Program-made: the position numbers and the translations under genes | DNA from: Eledone cirrhosa | Lineage: Eukaryota | DNA length: 64,000 nucleotides | NCBI GenBank assembly: GCA_964016885.1 | Contig: OZ024755.1 | Span: 21,390,001-21,454,000, forward strand | Direction of reading: 5' to 3' | Part shown: one piece after another, positions 57,469 to 64,000 of the stretch | Layout: each line of letters starts with the position of its first letter | Numbering within the stretch: position 1 is the stretch's first letter | The notes under the pieces: generated by a model | Databases searched by the model: none | The model's input: only the letters and a program-made list of their open reading frames with translations | What the model was told of the DNA's origin: nothing

Positions 57469-60070
57469 ATGTGTAATGTGGCTATATTACATGTGTAATG
57501 TGGCTATATTACATGTGTAATGTGGCTATATTACATGTGTAATGTGGCTATATTACATGTGTAATGTGGCTGTATTACATGTGTAATGTGGCTATATTAC
57601 ATGTGTAATGTGGCTGTATTACATGTGTAATGTGGCTATATTACATGCGTAATGTGGCTATATTACATGTGTATTGTGGCTATATTACATGTCTATTGTG
57701 GCTGTATTACATGTGTAATGTGGCTGTATTCCATGTGTAATGTGGCTATATTACATGTCTATTGTGGCTATATTACATGTGTCATGTGGCTATATTACAT
57801 GTCTATTGTGGCTGTATTACATGTGTAATGTGGCTATATTACATGTGTAATGTGGCTGTATTACATGTGTAATGTGGCTATATTACATGTCTATTGTGGC
57901 TATATTACATGTGTCATGTGGCTATATTACATGTCTATTGTGGCTATATTACATGTGTAATGTGGCTATATTACATGTGTAATGTGGCTATATTACATGT
58001 CTATTGTGGCTATATTACATGTCTATTGTGGCTATATTACATTGTAATGTGGCTATATTACATGTGTAATGTGGCTGTATTACATGTGTAATATGGCTAT
58101 ATTACATGTGTAATGTGGCTATATTACATGTGTTTTGTGGCTATATTACATGTGTATTGTGGCTATATTACATGTGTAATGTGGCTGTATTACATGTGTA
58201 ATGTGGCTATATTACATGTGTAATGTGGCTGTATTACATGTGTAATGTGGCTATATTACATGTGTATTGTGGCTATATTACATATGTAATATGGCTGTAT
58301 TACATGTGTAATGTGGCTATATTACATGTGTATTGTGGCTATATTACATGTGTAATATGGCTGTATTACATGTGTAATGTGGCTATATTACATGTGTAAT
58401 GTGGCTGTATTACATGTGTAATGTGGCTATATTACATGTGTAATGTGGCTATATTACATGTGTAATGTGGCTATATTACATGTGTATTGTGGCTATATTA
58501 CATGTGTATTGTGGCTATATTACATGTGTAATGTGGCTATATTACATGTGTAATGTGGCTATATTACATGTCTATTGTGGCTATATTACATGTGTAATAT
58601 GGCTGTATTACATGTGTAATGTGGCTATATTACATGTGTAATGTGGCTGTATTACATGTGTAATGTGGCTATATTACATGTGTAATGTGGCTATATTACA
58701 TGTGTATTGTGGCTATATTACATGTGTAATGTGGCTATATTACATGTCTATTGTGGCTATATTACATGTGTAATGTGGCTATATTACATGTGTAATGTGG
58801 CTGTATTACATGTGTAATATGGCTATATTACATGTGTTTTGTGGCTATATTACATGTCTATTGTGGCTATATTACATGTGTTTTGTGGCTATATTACATG
58901 TGTAATGTGGCTGTATTACATGTGTATTGTGGCTATATTACATGTCTATTGTGGCTATATTACATGTGTTTTGTGGCTATATTACATGTGTAATGTGGCT
59001 ATATTACATGTCTATTGTGGCTATATTACATGTGTAATGTGGCTGTATTACATGTGTAATGTGGCTGTATTACATGTGTAATGTGGCTATATTACATGTG
59101 TATTGTGGCTATATTACATGTGTAATGTGGCTGTATTACATGTGTATTGTGGCTATATTACATGTCTATTGTGGCTATATTACATGTCTTTTGTGGCTAT
59201 ATTACATGTGTAATGTGGCTATATTACATGTCTATTGTGGCTATATTACATGTGTAATGTGGCTGTATTACATGTGTAATGTGGCTGTATTACATGTGTA
59301 ATGTGGCTGTATTACATGTGTAATGTGGCTATATTACATGTGTAATGTGGCTGTATTACATGTTTAATGTGGCTGGATTACATGTGTAATGTGGCTATAT
59401 TACATGTCTATTGTGGCTATATTACATGTGTAATGTGGCTATATTACATGTGTATTGTGGCTATATTACATGTCTATTGTGGCTATATTACATGTGTAAT
59501 GTGGCTATATTACATGTCTATTGTGGCTATATTACATGTGTAATGTGGCTATATTACATGTGTAATGTGGCTGTATTACATGTGTAATGTGGCTATATTC
59601 TATGTGTAATGTGGCTATATTACATGTGTATTGTGGCTATATTACATGTGTAATGTGGCTGTATTACATGTGTAATGTGGCTATATTACATGTGTAATGT
59701 GGCTATATTACATGTGTAATGTGGCTATATTACATGTGTAATGTGGCTGTATTACATGTGTAATGTGGCTGTATTGCATGCGTAATGTGGCTATATTCCA
59801 TGTGTAATGTGGCTATATTCCATGCGTAATGTGGCTATATTACATGTGTATTGTGACTATATTACATATGTAATGTGGCTATATTACATGTCTATTGTGG
59901 CTTTATTACTTGTCTATTGTGGCTATATTACATGTCTATTGTGGCTATATTACATGTGTAATGTGGCTGTATTACATGTGTAATGTGGCTGTATTACATG
60001 TGTAATGTGGCTGTATTACATGTGTAATGTGGCTATATTACATGTGTAATGTGGCTATATTACATGTGTA
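57469..60070. repeat. 22-bp satellite, about 118 copies
   Basis: Unit ATGTGGCTATATTACATGTGTA with a few recurrent variants. Confidence 0.97.
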
Positions 60071-60102
60071 TGGATTATATAATACAACTAAAATAAAGCA
60101 TT

Positions 60103-60209
60103 TTACAATGTTTTGTGTGTATATTATTACAATGTGTTTTGTGTATATATTATTTACAATGTGTTTTGTGTATATATTATTTACAATGTGTTTTGTGTAT
60201 ATATTATTT
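60103..60209. repeat. 27-bp tandem repeat x4 abutting the CR1 5' end
   Basis: TACAATGTGTTTTGTGTATATATTATT repeated. Confidence 0.88.
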
Positions 60210-63200
60210 AGTTAAGGGCTGAGGATTGGCATTTGCTAATTAGACTGTCGTTTTCGAACTCAACTGAAGCACGTTCATACCTTGAAGCCTCTGATAAAGC
60301 TAGGCATGAAAGTTGGATTGCTTTCCGAATACGCCCTGGTCTTCCACCTGATGTCCGCCCAAAGTTGCGTACTGCAGCTTCCTTAAACCGCAGCTCGGCA
60401 GAACATGAAAGCTTCAGCCTACGTGATGATGGGCAGATATGGAAGTTTGTTAAGGCTGGTGAAACATGGAAGAGAGATACCAGCTGGTTTGAAAACACTG
60501 TACCCACAACAACTGACAATAAAAAAACTGAAAAAACTCTGGGAAACTAAATCAGAACAACCTGCCATCCCTGCACATAATCATATACTGGAATCAAGGT
60601 ACAAATTGTTGTCCTTGAATGCACGTAGTCTATGCAATAAGATTCATCTTTTTGACTCCTACGTCAACCCTGACTTCATTACAGTCACGGAAACTTGGGC
60701 ACATCCCTTACTCTGTGATGGGGTTTTCAGCATGACTGGCTACAACCTGTTTCGTAAAAGACCGCATTAATCGTGGTGGTGTAATTGTCTACGTTCGGTC
60801 AAATTTGTTGGCAATTCCTTGTGTTGATTTGAACCAATCACAGCAGGAAGATTTTTTCTGCGATATACGTATGACCATGTCAACACTGCTACTTGGAGTC
60901 GTTTACCGTCCCCCAAATTACCATCAGGACACTCAACTTTGTGGTATCCTCAGAGCTGCTGCCAGGAAAACAGCCACTTATGTTTTTATTCAGGAGACTT
61001 CAATCACCCTGAGATTGACTGGGAAACCTTTCATGGGCCGCCAAGTGCAAATGACTTCCTTGAGCTAGTGCTGGACTCAAATTGGTCCCAAGTAGTCACC
61101 TCCCCAACAAGAGGTGACAACACTTTGGACCTACTCTTCACCACTACTCCTGAAACGGTCATTAGTGTTACTGCTGAGGAACATTTAGGTGATTCTGATC
61201 ATGCTATGATCATTGCCAATCTATCCCTCATGGGCAGTAACAAGAACCACAACCATCTCCAAACTGCTCACTTTGACTGGAATAAAGCAGACTGGAACTG
61301 TTGCTGCACCGAGTTGCAACGTCCAAACTGGCTTGAGTTCTACGACTGGAGATGTCAACACTGTACTCCAGAACATCCTGAGCTCAATATGGACAGCATA
61401 AGCGGAAAAAACATCCCAAAGTGCAATTTGGGAGACTGCAGCAGTCCGTCTTGCCAGAAAAGAACGTCGCAATGCTGAACGTGAGTACAAACTGCACAAA
61501 TCAGACATTAATAGGAAGAGGCGAAATAGATCATCCAACCACCTCAAACAGGTGACAAAAAAGGCAGTTCTTCAATTTGAGCAGCGCATAGCAACCAGCC
61601 CTGACAGTAAGGTGTTCTGGAAGTATGTTCATTCAAAGCAGAGGCCTCACTCTCCAGTTGGTCCTCTTCACAATCCCCACACAAGCCAGGTTACTGATGA
61701 CCCCAAGGAGTGCGCAGAGTTCATTGCTGAATGCTATGCAGGCATTTTCACTATTGAAGACCAGAGTGTACCGTCTCCACCACCTATGACACCGGATTCT
61801 ATTACAACTATGGAATTTACACCTGCAATGCTGCAACGTCACCTAAAAAATAAACGCAACCATGCCTCTCCTAGTCTTGATGGTGTCACATACCTGCTTC
61901 TTAAACGTGGTGGGTACTTCCTACTGCACCAGCTATCATGCTTCTTCCAATTCTGTCTGAACATCGGTGCTACTCCAGAACAGTGGAAAACTGCCAGTGT
62001 CATTCCTCTGTTCAAAAAGGGTGACCGCACATCACTTGTGAACTATCATCCAGTCAGTCTTACTAGTTGCATTGCCAAACAGATGGAATCCTGTGTCAGA
62101 GAAACACTTTGGAACTTCTGGAACTCTCACAGTCTTATCCGACCCTCACAATTTGGATTTATCCCCAACTCCAGCTGCTGTGATCAACTTATCGAGTTTC
62201 TTGAAGACATCACCCGGATCACTGATGGCGGCTCATGGGTGGATGTTGTTTACCTTGACTTCGCGAAAGCTTTCAATTCTGTGCCTGGCAAAACTCTCTG
62301 CAATGGGTGTGAAGGATTATCTTTGTAACTGGTTGAAGTCCTTCATTCTCAGTCAAAGAGAAGTAGTCACGGTTCTGGGACAGCATTCCTCACCATATGA
62401 GATGTCATCTGGTGTACCACAGGGATCTGTTCTTGGCCCCCTTTTGTTTGTGGCATATATTAATGACATAGATGCCAACTTAAAGAATGCCACAGTACTA
62501 AAGTACGCAGATGACATCAAGCTGTACCTTGAGATAAAAAGGACAGATCCTGAAAACTATAGATCTTGCTTGCAGTCTGACTTGGACACAATGCAACAAT
62601 GGATCTCAGACTGGCAACTCAAGCTAGCTGTGGACAAGTGCACCACCATGCATTTTGGGAGTAAAAACCCAGTGTCCACATACTCCCTCCACAGCACTAA
62701 TATCAAGAAGTCTTCTTGTGAACGTGACCTGGGCATTACGGTCAGCAGCAATTTGCGTTGGACGAAGCACGTCTCTAAAATTGTCAAGAGGGCCGAGGGT
62801 GTCTTAACATCACTAAGCAAGACCTTTGTCAGCCGCTCTCCAGCTATCTATTTAAGGCTGTACATGGCTATGGTGCGGCCACACTTAGAATTTGCATCAC
62901 CAGTCTGGAACCCCTATCTTGCTCAGAATATTGACCGCCTGGAAACTGTTCAGAGACGTGCAACCAAGCGAATACCCTCCATCAGGCATCTACCATACTC
63001 TGAACGCCTTGCTTCCCTGGGCATGGATACATAGAAGCACCGACGCCTGGCAACTGACTTGGTAAACACCCACAAAATTGTTAACCATCTTGCCAACAGC
63101 AACCCTGAGTACCTTTTTGATTTCCATGTGTCTAACACACGTGGGCATGCCCACAAAGTCAGAAAACAGCACAGTTCCCATGACTTTCGGAAACATTTTT

Positions 63201-63470
63201 TCATGCTCAGAGTTGCTGAAGCATGGAACAAACTACCTGCATCAGTTGTTAGTTGTCGAGACACTGCATCCTTTCAAGCCTCCATGCTTCCCGAGATTTG
63301 CCAACACTACACCTAATGTTCCCCCTCCATACACATACACACATGTATATCATGACTCATACACTATTCACTTCCCTGACATTTGTATATTATTCAATGT
63401 ACTATACATGCACCTTTGACGAGTTGTAGTGCACCTGAGCACTTTACACAATAATTTCATTATTATTATT
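60210..63470 (+). mobile_element. CR1-clade LINE, degenerate (ORF1 remnant plus ORF2 with frameshifts and stops)
   Basis: LNARSLCNK, VTETW, GVVYRPP, GDFNHPEIDW, LGDSDH, LDFAKAF, GVPQGSVLGPLLF, KYADDIKL, RPHLEFASPVWNP, TRGH, WNKLP; tail ending (ATT)n. Confidence 0.93.
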
Positions 63471-64000
63471 AAAAAAAGGTAGCGCCCATTCACTGATTGA
63501 TTTAAAACTAACTTTTTACACATTTTATCATGAACTGAGCATCCTCTCTTTTATGACATGTGCCTACATATGTCAAATATAATAGTTTTGAATGAGAATA
63601 CAATTTGAACTAACAGCAATGGCCTAAATGGAGCTCCTCTGAAGGGTCATTGGAATAATGTTACTTGATAGAGTGCGTAGCTCAGAGATCAGAGAGACAT
63701 TCCAGGCTAGAGCCGCTGCTTCTCTGAAATGGGCATGTGGTTAGAATGTCTTGGGGAAAGAATTGCTGGACAGAATATTTGAGCAAAACCAACAGGTAGG
63801 AGACCCATGGGTAGACCCCCGAGCAAGATGGTTGGTTAACATCCATGAGTTTGGTTGATCTCGTTTGAGGATCCAGCCGGATCAGTTGGAGGCAGTTGCT
63901 TCTGATAGGACCCACTGGAAGGTGTGTTTGAGGACTCTGTCCCAACGATCTTCTCAGGAATAAATGGGTGAATAAGAAGAAAAGAACAACAACTTAAGGA

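Noticed and set aside
57469-60070. CRISPR-like array (short, partly palindromic repeats)
   Set aside because: Units are head-to-tail with no unique spacers, no cas genes are present, and the context is eukaryotic; it is a satellite.

Overview
AT-rich, intron-rich animal DNA. The SINE/RTE/MITE repertoire and (TA)n/(CA)n tracts point to a coleoid cephalopod, probably Octopus; this is inferred, not checked. Three genes could be assembled exon by exon with consistent GT-AG phases. (1) The 3' ~2850 codons of BPTF/NURF301 (+, 21 exons, 3957-39186; PHD1, WHIM region, a long Thr/Pro repeat, tandem PHD fingers, bromodomain). (2) A complete PIGX gene (-, 6 exons, 48886-40225) that the ORF track misses. 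(3) A complete CHMP6/VPS20 (+, 8 exons, 49504-56762). PIGX lies tail-to-tail with BPTF and head-to-head with CHMP6. Introns hold a near-intact 5'-truncated RTE LINE, RTE fragments, tRNA-derived SINEs, TTAA and TA MITEs, a solo LTR, a Tc1/mariner relic, several satellites and an orphan PPTC7 exon; a degenerate CR1 LINE follows CHMP6. The most unusual signals are a set of long-stem type I hammerhead-ribozyme-like hairpins (two share an A.A-closed, AAUG-loop stem II), an HDV-like ribozyme candidate, a frame-compatible duplicate of the BPTF C-terminus in its last intron, and a tandemly duplicated MIM2 motif in CHMP6. All structures and alignments were read by eye.
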